From positions 103,232,001 through 103,296,000 of the forward strand of contig NC_087436.1 in NCBI RefSeq assembly GCF_036321535.1: a stretch of DNA of 64,000 nt. The letters are read 5' to 3'. Origin of the DNA: Camelus dromedarius. Its lineage: Eukaryota. The translations under genes and the position numbers were made by a program. Shown piece after piece: positions 37,281-49,830 of the stretch; the first letter of the stretch is position 1; the number at the start of each line of letters is the position of its first letter. The notes under the pieces were generated by a model that worked only from the letters and a program-made list of their open reading frames with translations, was not told the origin of the DNA and did not search any database.

Positions 37281-39454
37281 ATCGTAGGTAAATTTTAAAT
37301 ACAGAGGAACCTCTCTCTTGGCAAATCTATGTCCCTCTAGTAAAAGACTAGAGAAAAATGTCAAGCTGAGTAACATCAGAATAGCATTATCAGTCTGCTT
37401 TATTGATTGAAGCTCCTCTGGAATCTTATTATGTATATCTACTCTTAGGCATCTTTCCAAAAGCCAAGCTACTATTTCTTTCCCCTTGGCTTGATATACT
37501 TTCTCTGATACTACATAGCTTTCCAGAAGTTATATTAGAAAATCCAAAATTCAGCTGAAGAATTTAGCCATAGCTTCTTCAGATAGCCAGAAATTCTTGT
37601 TTCCTTCAGACCATACAGTCATTTTGAAATTGATAAAATTTTTAATCACAATAAAGTTAAGAAGAATTACCTGGCTACAGAATTGTTGGGTAATTAGGTT
37701 AAGATGGCAGAGATATGAATCAGATCCAGTTCCAGTGATTTAACGCACAGCGTTGGAGTCAAATGCACACCATGTAGAATGCAAAGTTTAAGTTCCAGTG
37801 GTAAGCTCCTTGGTTTATTCATTTTTGTATGCTAGCCTACACCACATGCTGAAGAAGGTCAAGACCGGACTGCACTATAATTCCCTTCAGGGAGCATATT
37901 ACCATATAATGGGCCCGGTCTCACTGAGGTTGAAGTCAGAGTGCTTTCCGCAGCCCCACAAAGAACAATAATAAAGCATAAAACCTGCACTGGAATGGGT
38001 GGGTGCTCTTAAAATAACCAACACTGCTGCAGTCTGTCTCTTAATACGTGAATAAATGTTACTGGCAAAATTCATGGCATAATGAGAGCGGCAGCATAAA
38101 AACTAAAAAAAAAGAAAAAGACTGAAGAAACAAAATTGTCTTTCTTGTTAATAAGCATGAGTTATATTTAGACATGCTCTCTGTAAGCCACACTGATAGT
38201 AATTGAACATAACTGATTCATAGATAATTATTTAAGGGTCATCCTTTTTTTAGGTTCTCTTCACTGCTATTTTGACTATTTTAATCACTGTCTGTATAAA
38301 TCTTTGACATCCAATGAGTGCTGAGTGTTACTGAATGAGTAAATAGATGAGTAAATGAAATAAAAACGCCTTCTCTCCCTCCCTCTTTTATCTTGAAGTC
38401 ATCTTTTGCCAACATCAGTGCCGCACATCACTTCTTCAACCAAAAGACCATTATAGACCGTGCGGCTCTGTTTCACATATAAATTTCTTGTTTTAAATTG
38501 TGTTACATTTGCAGAACACGTTGCATTTACAAGAATGTATCACTACAATATAAAATATTGCCTTGCCCTGATATACGATCAGGCCATTGACGATACAGCA
38601 TCATTTAGCACATTATGACCTGTATCTAGCCCAGGGCATTTATCCACAAGGTGGTCAAATATTTCAATAAATATTAAGCAAGTAAGGGTAACAAAACATT
38701 GCTGAACACTGTGGAGGAATCTAATGAAATTCAACAGACAATCCTTACTTTTAAGAGAAGAAAATTCCATGAGAAATGGAATGTGAAAATGCCAAAGCCA
38801 ACTTCCACTTATAATACTCAAAATTACTTGTTCATGGACAAAGTGTATTATCTGTGTTGATGGTGTATAGTGTATGACTGATAAATGTTTTGATGAGTTC
38901 TGTACTTACACAATGATACTTTAATATAAAAGGAAGAAAAAACTTGTTCTTCAGAAGCTTTAGAGAAAATGTGACATTTGACCTGGGTAAAGGGAGGACA
39001 ATTCCCTCAGCATAAAAAAAGGGAAATTCTAGATGAAATATCAGGGGCAGAGGTCAGAGGGACTGAACTACAAAATGTGAGCTGGAGCAATGGGGTAAAG
39101 TGACGTTACCTTTCACAGGAAGTTGGCATAGGGGGTGGGACACAGATAGGAAACAGTGCTCTCAAGTTTGACTAGTGATGTATTTTGAAAAAAAAAAATA
39201 AGTAAAGAATTTAGAAGCTGTCCATGAATAAAAACTTAAGATAGTATCTATACAATTTTTAAAACCAGAAGTTTTGCTAAGCATGGTGGGTATAAAATTT
39301 CCCAAGACTTGAGATACAGAAATGAATAAGACGCAGAACTCTCCACCACGAAGGTGGCAGCCTAGAGAGGAAGACAAACCACTGAACACACGACTGTCGC
39401 ACTCAATGTGCAAGGTACGTCTAAGGGCTGGGCAAGTATTTAGGATGACAGAAA

Positions 39455-39720
39455 ACACTTTATGTCATTCAAGTAGGGGGAGTTTAATGTAAGTAATTGG
39501 TTATGCTAGTGATTAAAGAGCTAGGAAGCTAAACAGATATTAAAGCACAGGAAGCCACTACCAAAACAGAGCTGAAGGGACAAGGGGAAGCTGTGGTGAC
39601 ATCAGAGCTCAAAATCTATTTGGTAGGAGTCAATATACCACAGTGGGAGATGGAATCATGGAATTTGAAACCATTGAAGATGGAATAATACAGCTGGAAT
39701 TAGGGCTACCAAGGAAGTCA
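39455..39720 (-). mobile_element. ERVL LTR fragment (LTR33/41-like)
   Basis: 'gggagtttaatgtaagtaattggtta...caggaagccactacc...gctgaagggacaagggg'. Confidence 0.55.
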
Positions 39721-39939
39721 ATGCCAGATTTATCTCTTGATGACGGCAACAGAGTTACATGGTTTCCTGGAATACTGATCAGAGCCAGGGAAAAATTTTT
39801 AAAAAGATATGAAAGTTTACAGGAAAATAACCAGCACCAGGGGTGTGACGTAGAGGATGTGTAGATATTAACATATAGATTGAAAACCCTTCCTTGAAAA
39901 TGCAATTAAAATGTATCTTCTTGGACAAGTTGGAATTAG

Positions 39940-40610
39940 GTAGGTAAATCATAAGGGAAAAAATATGACTGGTAAGGGAAAAACATGTGCAAAAATATGG
40001 GACTTACAAAAACAATGTTCTTGGAGAAATTTAAATATTTTAATATAGTATAAGAGTTTTAATGAAAATCTAAAGAAAAAGCATCAGTAAGGCTGCAGCC
40101 ATACTGGCACAATGGGAAATCACAAAAAATATGGTATTTAACAGAGTAGCTTAATCAGAATGAGGATATAGAAAGATTAGGAAAATAAAATGAAAGACAG
40201 ATTTCAACATTAAGAGAATGGAGGCTAGAAGACTATAAGATTGACCCAAAGGGAAAACAGTGTGCCTTAAACTTTGGCAAAAGTAGTGAGAAAAGAGAAT
40301 AAGCAAACAAAAGAGGCATTTAATTGAGTTTGGAAAGAGTATCAGGTGAAGATAAAAACACAAGATCTCAGTTTTGAACAAATTATTTTTGAGGTGCTGG
40401 AAGGACGTCCAAGGTTTGGTAACGGGATTTTCGGTCAAGGCACAATTTGGGGAGGTATCAGCATTTGGAAGTAGTGAAAACAACGGGAGCAAGTGAGATG
40501 CCAACGTAGTCAATACAGTGTGTAGAGGGAGAAAGATGACCGAGACTGAAAGTCTATGAAGCATTAAGACTAAAAGGAATGATAAATTAATAGGGAGCCA
40601 ACAAAAGACA
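39940..40610 (-). mobile_element. L2 fragment
   Basis: 'ctcagttttgaacaaattattttgaggtgctggaaggacgtccaagg', purine-rich. Confidence 0.6.
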
Positions 40611-40624
40611 TGGGAAAGTCAGAG

Positions 40625-41031
40625 CTGAAAGTGTGGTATTTTGGGGCATCTTTGTCTTCAAATCAATCACTTACATCCCCCAAGTTGGCTCTCCGAACAC
40701 AGACAGTCTGAGCCCTTTCAAGATGATTTCCTATCTTCTCAAGCCTCAGGCAGACTGCCCACTACCAGGTTCAATCAACTCCTCCTCTCTGTAGGGTTCC
40801 AGCTACTCCTACCAGCTGCTGTATTTCAAGCTTCTAAACCACCACAAAATCCTTTGTTTCTTTACCCTTGTGGTGGTGGTTGCTTCTGGCTTTTGTAAAT
40901 CTCTGGGTCGCCCCTCTGTCTCCTGTTGGCTTTTGGCTTTTCTATCAGCATTTTAATCCATTTCCTGCAGTAAAATCCCTTTATTACAAATACTAGTAGT
41001 GGTTTCTGTTTTCAGATTAGACTTTGATTCA
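40625..41031 (+). mobile_element. ERVL LTR (LTR33-like)
   Basis: 3' end 'catttcctgcagtaaaatccctttattacaaatactagtagtggtttctgttttcagattagactttgattca'. Confidence 0.7.
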
Positions 41032-41569
41032 AAAAGGTATTGGGATCATGCAATGCCAAGAAGGAAGTCTTTTAAAAGAGGTAAATGCTACAGAGAGGTT
41101 AAAAGAATTGAGAAAGGGAAATCAACAAGCCCCTAAGTAAAACAGAGTATCTACTTTAGCAACATTCCAGCTAGTATGTTGTGGAACTGGATTGTAAAGG
41201 CATTGCTTCTAATCTCTGATTCCATAAATTCTCTGTAGCACACACTATGTAGGTGCTAAACTTAAGGAAATCTTATCTGAAAATGTGGGTTTATTGGGCA
41301 CTGGCCACTACTGTTGCTATGCTGATGAAATGCATGTTTAATTCTTAGTGCCATCTAACTCTCCAATACCAGTCATAGAAATGAGCCCATAGGCTTTCTC
41401 AAAGGATGTGGATCCGAAGCTCAATTCAGTAGCATGCCACAGTCTTTCCCAGGCTGAATAACATGAATAACACAGATACATGTGTTGCTGGACTGACAAG
41501 ATGCCAAGTAAAAGAAGCAGTTTTATATAAAGGTCAATGTCCTAGCATAACGCCCACTGGTAGAAGATA

Positions 41570-41894
41570 TGGTGGACCTAAAACAACTGCCTGCCAAATA
41601 TTTCTCCAGCAAAGTTGGGTTTATTCATGATCAGCAGAGAATTACAATCCTGGGTCTGCAACCATAGTGAGCCACATGCAAGGGAAAGAAAATTCTTTCA
41701 TAGAGGGAAAAAGGAAGTTGGGAGAGCTATAGTAAATAAAGTCCATGGTTTTTCACTGGGTGAGTCCTTGCCAAGAAAGGAGAGTCTTTCTTCCTCTTGT
41801 TGGGCTCTCCTATCATCCCAGGGTGTGAGAGCTCCCCTTTATGGTCTCCTAAACCTATTTAATTGAAGTTTCTGTTTACTGATTTTTTTTAACA
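41570..41894 (-). mobile_element. Solo LTR (cetartiodactyl ERV1-type)
   Basis: tg...ca-bounded block; minus-strand AATAAA ('gggtttatt') near the left end; 'ctgggtctgcaaccatagtgagccacatgcaag'. Confidence 0.7.
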
Positions 41895-41974
41895 ACATTC
41901 TTCATTCCACCAAGTGATACAGAGTTCACATATATTCCTGTCATTCGTGAAAGGCAAATGTAAGTTATCAAAAA

Positions 41975-42210
41975 AAGGTTTAGACCTCCAAAATATAAAA
42001 AGCTTGGAAACTATCACTCCCACACTTATAACAAGAAAAAATCCAAATAAACTAAAACTCAGTTTTCCTTGGACCTATCAGATAACTGAGGTCACTAGAT
42101 AAACTGCCATCCCTGAAGTCTGAAGAGAGAGGAGGATCCACAGTCACAGCTGAGATCTCCTTTTCTCCTGCAAAAACCACTGGAGCCATAAACTGATAGG
42201 AACATTCAAT
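41975..42210 (+). mobile_element. Old L1 5'UTR fragment
   Basis: 'gcttggaaactatcactcccacacttataacaagaaaaaa...tcagataactgaggtcac'. Confidence 0.6.
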
Positions 42211-42417
42211 CATAAAAACCCAGAACTGTCAAAGCAAATCCTGACAGAAAAGAATGAAGCTGCAGGCATAACCCTCCCAGACTTCAGACAATAGTCTACA
42301 GAGCTACAGTAATCAAAACAGTATGGTCTTGGCACAAAAACAGTCATGTGATCAATGGAACAGAATAGAGAGCCCAGAAACAAACCCACACACCCACAGT
42401 CAATTAATCTTCAACAG
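42211..42417 (+). mobile_element. Isolated internal L1 ORF2 fragment
   Basis: 'gaatgaagctgcaggcataaccctcccagacttcagacaata...acagtaatcaaaacagtatgg...tggaacagaatagagagcccagaaa...caattaatcttcaaca'. Confidence 0.88.
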
Positions 42418-43079
42418 AGAGATTTGAATAGTCAGCTGGTTACTGCACTGAATAACCAAGAGTTTCAGTGAGATAGCCTTGCTATTAAAAGCATCAGAAA
42501 GCCACATCCAGATCAAGGTTAGAAGGATACTCCAGAAACCAGGGCCAACTGGGGAGATCTAGAACCACATTCAGGGAGAGGAGAGTGGCCTGCTGGGATG
42601 TGAGAGTATGGAGAGAAATAACTAGAGTTACAGAGGCCAGAAAGAGCCCACATCAGAATTGCTTGCTGAGACAGAAGAATAGATGAAAATACATGCTGCT
42701 TCTCTCTTCTCATTGGCTGGACCTACTTGGAAGCCAACTGTAAATCCATCCTTTGAAATATGATTCTCTAAAATGCAGGTGAGAAGCAAGGAGAAATAAA
42801 GAATGAATAAGAAAAGAAACAGGCAAATTGCTAGCACCAGGAGCATTAAGTAGAGGATATGTAAATAATAAAGTAGATGACCAAACATGCTTCTTGGAAT
42901 ATGTGACAAATTGCATTTTTAAGAAAAACTTAGGACTAGTAAGATGAATGATAAATGAAAAATATTTTGGTATATAATTTATTTTAAGCACACATGGAAT
43001 ACAGGTAAGAAAAAAATCTTGAGAAACTGACCAGGAAACAAATATCAAACATATTTGTTTCTAAAAGCTAAAAGGCAAT

Positions 43080-43615
43080 TGGAACAACAGCAACATTTTC
43101 ATAATTAATGTGATTCATATTCAACCAAAATGACACCAGGATTGTTTGAAGAACTCGAAAAACTAATTCTGTATTTATGTATAGAATAAAATGGCTCAAA
43201 ACAGCAAGAACAGTAGGGTGGTGGTGGGTGGTGTTATTGGCGTAGGAACAGAAAAATAAAGAATAAATAGAACAAAATGGAGAAGCCAAAAATGCCCAAA
43301 ACTTATACAGAGATTTAATATATAAAAGAGGTAGCATTACACAAGGGTAAAGAAATCCTCAATAAATCTTGCAGGGACAATTAACTCTCCATATTAAAAA
43401 AATTAAATTGGGGACCAATCTCACATGTTACACGAAAAATCAATTCCAGCTTATTTAAATCTTAGATGAGAAAGGAGTATGTCAAAGCTTTTGGAAAACA
43501 TGAACTAATGTTTTATGCCATTTTATTTAAATAGTCAAACAAATTTTAAATTTAAAAAAGAAATTGTGCAAAGCACAAAAGTTTGGTAAATAAAACTAAT
43601 TAAATTTTACTATAT
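43080..43615 (+). mobile_element. Old L1 ORF2 fragment
   Basis: 'aactaattctgtatttatgtatag', 'aatagaacaaaatggagaagccaaaaa', 'aaaaatcaattccagc'. Confidence 0.65.
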
Positions 43616-44035
43616 TAATCTATTGCAGAGTTAAACCCACCTCAACATTTAGCGGTTTGAAGCAAAGATGTCTTCTTAATTGTGAGTACAGGAGTCAGCT
43701 AGGAAGTTCAGCTGAACCGGCACACTCGGCTGATCTGAGTTAAGCTGACTGATACATCCTGGGTCAACCGCTGAATCAACGGCTAGTCGGCTATTGGCTG
43801 GGGCAGCAATGCTGCTGGAGCCTTGTATCTCTCCTTACCCAGCAGGTGGGCGTGGCTGTGCACACATTTCAGTGGCAGTGTTCTGAGAGAGAGAACAGAT
43901 GAGCCTGCTTGAGGCCTGGCCTCAGAACTCCATAATGCTGCTTGCACCATGTTATTTTGACCAAAACAAGCCAAAGCCTATCCAGATTCAAAAGGCGGAG
44001 AATTAGCCTCTATCTGCTGAAAGCTCACAAAATGT
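43616..44035 (-). mobile_element. MaLR LTR (MLT1G/H-like)
   Basis: 'aacatttagcggtttgaagcaa...cttgaggcctggcctcagaact...ttttgaccaaaacaagc...ccagattcaaaagg'. Confidence 0.7.
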
Positions 44036-44099
44036 GACTTTAGAAAATGTTAACAGATAAGCCCGAGGAGTGAAGGTATTTATAATAAACTAGTAATAA

Positions 44100-45560
44100 T
44101 TTGTTAGATGCTGTGGGATTTATACTGTGAGCTTTTGCAGAACAGATAAATTGATAATTAAATAGAAAAGAAAGCCTAGAGCTTACCCATATAAATGGAA
44201 ATTTTTAACATATGAGAGAAAATATTTCAGATCACTGTAGAAAGGGAAAACATTTTCAATACAACACAGCTTAAAATGTGTGGTTACAAATATAAAAAAA
44301 AATTTTAATGTGCACTATTTCCTACAAAACACAAAAATCAATATAAAAATATCTCCAGCCAGGATCACAGTGGCAGGATAGATTTTTTGAAATAGCTCAG
44401 CGGCAAATTTCATGCAGTGGAAACTATAGGAGGGAACAGGAAAACAGAGAAAAAGACACACCAGTAACAGTTATCAGTCTTAGATAATTCAAGTAGACTT
44501 TAGAAGCATGAAAATATAGAGAACCTAAGTAAGACAGTCCATAAGGTAAATGTAACACATGTGCACACACAACCATACATCCTCAAACCTGATGTATCTA
44601 TTACCTACTCTACACTGAAAATAAAAAAAGCAGTTCTTTTCAACGGCACATGGAATAGTTACCAAAACTGTCCAGGCAGATATATTGGGCCAGAAAGGCA
44701 AAGGCAATTAAATTTAGAAAAAGAGAAATAATAACATTCAGTATTTTCTGAACACAATGCAATAAACTATTAAATAATTTAAAACTTTCTGTTCGGAAGA
44801 TGATAGCTAGCTAGCTAGACAGATTGGTAGACAGATTTCTTATTAAACAATTTTGGGTCCAGGATAAAATTATGGATGTCCTAGACTGTAAAGATAAGGA
44901 AATTCTAACCCAAGAGAATTTTTAGGTAATAGCTGAGGAAGTGCTCAGAAGAAAATTCAAAGCACTAAATATTTGTATCAGTAAAAGAAAAAAAAAAGTT
45001 CAAACAAGCTTGAAGAACAATATAAGAAAAGGGGTAAAAAAAACTACATAAAATCTTTAATAAAATTAAAAGAATTAGACAATAAGCTAGAAAGAAAAAA
45101 TTTTTATCAAAAAGCTGATTCTTTGAATAAAAGTGAATATAAATCAACAAACTATTAGGGACTATAATTTTATAAAAAATAGAGACAGTCCAGAAATGGG
45201 TTCACGCATGTATACAAATCTAAGAAATGTCTGCAAGGAACTAGTAACAGAAATTAGTAAAGTTAGTTAGGAACATTAGGAAAGAAAAAGAAAAGAAGAA
45301 AGCAAACAAGTAAGAAACAAAGAAACAGATTTAACAACTCTATGAAAATAAAATTGAAAATCTACATGAGATCAATAATTTTAAAAGATTTTTTTAGTGG
45401 GCATAGACTCCTATATATGAGCATGAATAGATTAAATACTAAAATACATACACAAAATTATCCTATTTTAGAAGACAATATATGGGATTTTTTAAAAATC
45501 ATGTGTAGGAAAATATTTCTCCTTCTTTCTTGTGCTATTTTATAGAAGTTGTTGGATATT
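44100..45560 (+). mobile_element. Old L1 ORF2 fragments
   Basis: 'ttttcaacggcacatggaatagttaccaaaa', 'ttttctgaacacaatgcaataaaacta', 'aaaagctgattctttgaataaa'. Confidence 0.65.
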
Positions 45561-45749
45561 AACTTTATAATATAATCTTTAGGTGATGGGATACCCAGTG
45601 AGACTGTGAATGAATCTGAATAGACATGAACACAACCAGCAATGGGCACAAGGACATGGAGGCATCTGTACCTTCACTCGAGGGAGTGGCTCAGTGCTTT
45701 GCAAATAGGAAGGACAGCTTCCTCTTAGGTAGACATGTACAGTTGTTTT

Positions 45750-46295
45750 ACTGTTGTCTGACAGTACAAATGTGCTCTTAAGAGTGCAAATGTGTGTGTA
45801 GAAGGGTGCCCAGGGCAAAACAAGGGACTTTCCTTCCTTCCTCCAATGTGTGTTTTCTGGCAAGCCCTCCAGAGTGTCCGTGTGTGGCCGGTGTCCTTGG
45901 TCTGTCCCTTCCACGAATTTCTCAAGCCTGCAGCGGCAGCCGTCAGAGCTCAGGCCCAGCCCTTTCATTCCTCCACCAGACATCCCGCTGCTCTTGTATT
46001 CCAGCTGCAGCTCCTGCCCTCTGACGTTTGATCAAGTCTCAGCCTCCACCCGGTCTCTTTTCCACCAGGTTACATGTTTCTGCAGCAGTCATTCATCTTC
46101 CCAGAGGTTGATTATCAGTTTTGGGGCCTTGGCTCTTTTTCAATTTCCTAAATTCCTTCCCTGTTGACTCTCCCTCAGCCTAGGAATAATAACTGCTTGG
46201 TCAATCACTACTCTGCACCCCACAGAATCCTCCTTTCCCCGTTTAACACTGTTTGTTCAAATTACTGGTATGATTTCTGTATCCTCATTATCTAC
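45750..46295 (+). mobile_element. Old ERVL-type LTR
   Basis: GC-richer block ending 'ccctcagcctagg...gttcaaattactggtatgatttctgtatcct'. Confidence 0.5.
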
Positions 46296-47599
46296 CATTT
46301 GAGGTTTCTAATAAAAGCCTGAACAGTTTAAATGAAATAACATGTTACATACTGGACTCTTCCTCCTCATGGGCCAATTACAGACCTGGTTAGGTAGATG
46401 TTCCTTGGGTTTTAATGTGTTGGGAGGACTTGAACTTACACTAGAAGCTCATGAACAAATAGGACCCGAATGTACTGCCCTTAGTGTACAGATTTTGGAC
46501 TGGGTGATCACATGAGGATAAAACCCTGGGTGCCATGACATAAAAATAAGTTATTTTGCTTTATTCTTAATTTTTATGTTGCATTGTTCTATCAATCATA
46601 ATAGTTTGAATGTTTTTATTAACTTAAAAGAAAAATTGATCTTAATATATCTATAAAAATTTGAGTGCAAAACTATAGAAAAAGAGAGAAAGAAAAAGAT
46701 GAAGGAAGAAAACAGAGAAAGGGGGAACATAAATCTACAAGTGTGTGGGTGTGACTGTGGCAGAGAGAGAATGAGAAAGACTAGGTGTTCACGAAGACAG
46801 GGTCACAGCGGGCACTGGATAACACAGACTGCACATTGTTAGAAAGCTTCAACACTCTCGGTACGCGAAACAGTCATAACTTGGAGTTGTATAGGATTTA
46901 CAAAGATGCTTGATAAAAGTTTCTTTAAGTTCTCAGCTCCAATTTACAAATGCGTGCTAATTTAAAGCACTCACTTGTTCTACAACAAACCACCTTCCCT
47001 TGAATTACCACTGTTCCTGAAGAGCAGAAAAAAGGAAGCTGATATTATCGGTACTTCAATTCTGCTTGAAAGCTTTTATAAATAAACCTCTACATTAAAG
47101 GGTAAATGGGCTAAGGCTTTACCACATATATAGACATACCACAAAGAAATGCTCTGACCTCTGCTGAACTATAAACAATTAAACTCTCAAAAATCTTAAA
47201 AAATAAAGAAACCAGATTAAGCACTGTTTGCTGTGACTAAAGATCTCAAAACTATGCAATGCTGCTTCTCAAGTAGGTTTTATTATTTGTTGAAGATGTT
47301 CTCTGTGTCATGTTTGGGCCAAATTTAATACACACTTGTTATACAAGAACAGAAATAAAGAAATACTTTTTTATTCTTTATCAACTGGATGTTAGCTTAA
47401 AAATTCAAGAAATGTCTTCATGAATAGTTTTCATCTTGGGCCAGCAAGCTTTCTGTGGCATCTTAATTTCACTTCTGAAAAAGCAGTATCTGATTACAAT
47501 AACAGAACTGTAGATATTTACATTCAAACTGTTCTAATTTAGGACAAATGAATATTACTAATAATATTAATCTTAAGTTACGGTGTGAAGATTGCTTTC

Positions 47600-48320
47600 A
47601 AAAGGCCACACTCTTGTGTGATCTTCTTACTTGTCCAAAAAAAAACCCTTGAAAAATAGATCCATTTTTTTGTCAGAAATAGTGCCCCCAAGTACCAGTC
47701 TAACAGAGTAATGTGATTTGATCTGAGTGAGGTATTTGCTTCTACTCGTTTATTATTATAAAGTATTATGATAAAAGCTTCATTCCTGTTCAATTCCTGT
47801 TCAAAGGTTCAATTCATGAATGGGAAGTCAAGAATCACTATCCTTTGACAGTGTCAAAGGTTCCAGCCAAACAGGTAGCAAGGTTTTTAACCACATTTTC
47901 TAACTAGTTTTAATAATAGAATTATGGTTTTTAAAGTGCAAATAAAGAGAGCCAGTGATCCCCTCCAGGGACTTCTCCCAGGTACCCCACTGTTGCTTCC
48001 CTTTGAGGTGTTCATTTAAGTACCCAGAAGGACACATGGTCAACAGGTGGGGTGACTTAGTATGGGGAAATACTGGTCAAGGAGTCCAAAGACATGGTGT
48101 GGGACTGGTGTGGGAAAGGCAGGTATAAGCTTGTTAACCTCCCCAAAAGTAGACATGTGGAGGGCCACAGGCAATGACTGGTATATAATGTTTGGGATTA
48201 ACCTCAGGAGGCCAGAGTCTGCACAGAACTGAACGAAGGCTGTAAGGCTGACTGAAGTGGTAAAGGAAGAAATGGTGGTTATCAGAAATGAAAGCACCTC
48301 TGTGTTTTTCCAATATCTGA
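47600..48320 (-). pseudogene. env: ERV env relic (end of SU and TM ectodomain)
   Basis: Minus frames give CGPPHVYFWGG*QAYTCL (SU C-terminal), GEVPGG, LENVVKNLATCLAGTF (heptad), QRIVILDF (ISD-like) and YNNKRVEAN; lies directly downstream of integrase. Confidence 0.65.
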
Positions 48321-48700
48321 ACCTAGGGAAGAGGAGTCACAGAGTTTGGAGATTTCAAGAGAAGCATCCATTATGTGAAGAGTTAAAGTCTAGCTATTAC
48401 TCGGCAAGAAACTGAGCTTGAAGAGGTGGAAGCAGTTTATATACCAATATGGGCCATCAAGAGGAAAATCTCCCTGCTATGTGCTGAGAGGAAGGCCATT
48501 AAATGTTGTTTCTGTGGGTCAGGCTGGGGGCAACTGACCAGTGAGATTGAGAGTGGGAGCAATAGTTTGAGAAAATTGAATGAGGAAGTTTTGTTCTCCA
48601 CTTTGGAGGGGAGGTCAACAGAAAGTGAGGGAAAAAGTCATCCAAGGATATTGAACAATAAGGGGAGGTTTCAGTTAGAAGTTGATGAAAAAGAAGAAAT

Positions 48701-48768
48701 CTGGGACATTATGCTATACACCAGAAGTTGACACACTGTAACTCACTATATTTCAATTAAAAGAAAAA
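48701..48768 (+). mobile_element. ~65-bp young L1 3' tail inserted in the ERV
   Basis: 'ctgggacattatgctatacaccagaagttgacacactgtaactcactatatttcaattaaaa'; flanked by gaagaaat on both sides. Confidence 0.8.
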
Positions 48769-49004
48769 GATGAAGAAATATGATGAAGAGGAGACAGAGG
48801 GAAGATGGCAGTAGTAGGGGAGTCCTGGAGGATCCTGTTCCAGCTTCTTGGGTAGAAGCTGATTACTTCTTGATGCCATCTGCCTGTTTGATGGGCCATG
48901 GAAAAGCAGTCTCTTTCACTGTTGTCTGGTTCTGGGGGCTCTCAAAAGAGCCTTTGTTTAAAGTTTCCTGTTGTGGTAGATTTCCATTCAGAGTTAGCCT
49001 TATA

Positions 49005-49830
49005 TGTTTTTGAATGTGAAACACTAACCCAAAGTTGCAATCCTTCTGGTCTGACAGAAGTGTTGAAGGTTAGGAGACAGCTTGGGTCCCTTCCACTGAG
49101 ACTCAGGGTTGGTCTTTGCCTGGTGTCTTTTCCAGAAAACTAGGTCTCCAAACTGAAGATTGGTTAAGGGCTGTGTGGGATGTATGGAGAAAAAGCATGA
49201 CTGGCATATTTATGTTAAGAGTGTGGTATTTAGTAAAACCTTGGCATCATTTAAGGATATCCGAATGGATCAGATTAGATCTCCTAAGGTCCAGCAGGGC
49301 CGTTTGGTAACATTTTACAGGAGATTATCTAAGTAGACCAGAGCGGGGGTAGTCAAAGGGTAATCAGAGCTAAAGGCAAGACTTTGAGTCAACACATATT
49401 AAACTCCTCAGAAAGTTTGGATAGTTTGACTTTAAGACTGCTACTGGCTCATTCTATTTTTCCAAATAATTGATTGTAGTAAGGACACTATAGTTTTTGT
49501 GAAAATGGAAACACTTGTTGAACATGTTGAATAACCTTGCCAGTGAAGTGAATGCCTCCACCATAAAAGAAGAAAAAAAGAAATTCCCCAAGTAGTAAAT
49601 TTTAGTCTTAGTGGTGGCAAGCAACTGTTTTCAAGAAAAAGATTCTAACTGCCCTGAAAACATGAGGACTATGGTTAAAACGTATTCAAAACCTTGTGAT
49701 TTGGGGAGTTGAATGAAATTAATTTGATGATAGAGAAAAGGATCTGGCTTTGGTGCTTGTCTGACTCGAGGCATAATATGTGAATATACCCAGCACATCA
49801 TTAGAATACACCAAGTATATATCAAAATTA
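49005..49830 (-). pseudogene. pol: Class I ERV pol integrase relic
   Basis: QINFIQLPKSQGFEYVLTIVLMFSGQLESF; GIHFTGKVIQ...L*CPYYNQLFGKIE*ASSSLKVKLSKL...LKVLPLAL; LQFGDLVFWKRHQAKTNPESQWKGP; stops and frameshifts throughout. Confidence 0.92.

Noticed and set aside
39643..39864. Protein-like 73-aa ORF (MGDGIMEFETIEDG...)
   Set aside because: Overlaps an LTR33-like remnant; no convincing splice sites or homology.
40151..40564. 137-aa minus-strand ORF, the longest in the track
   Set aside because: Lies in a decayed L2 fragment; Leu/Phe-rich composition reflects the pyrimidine-rich strand.
45579..46167. Cluster of overlapping ORFs up to 134 aa
   Set aside because: Falls in a GC-richer old LTR where stop codons are rarer; no recognisable protein.
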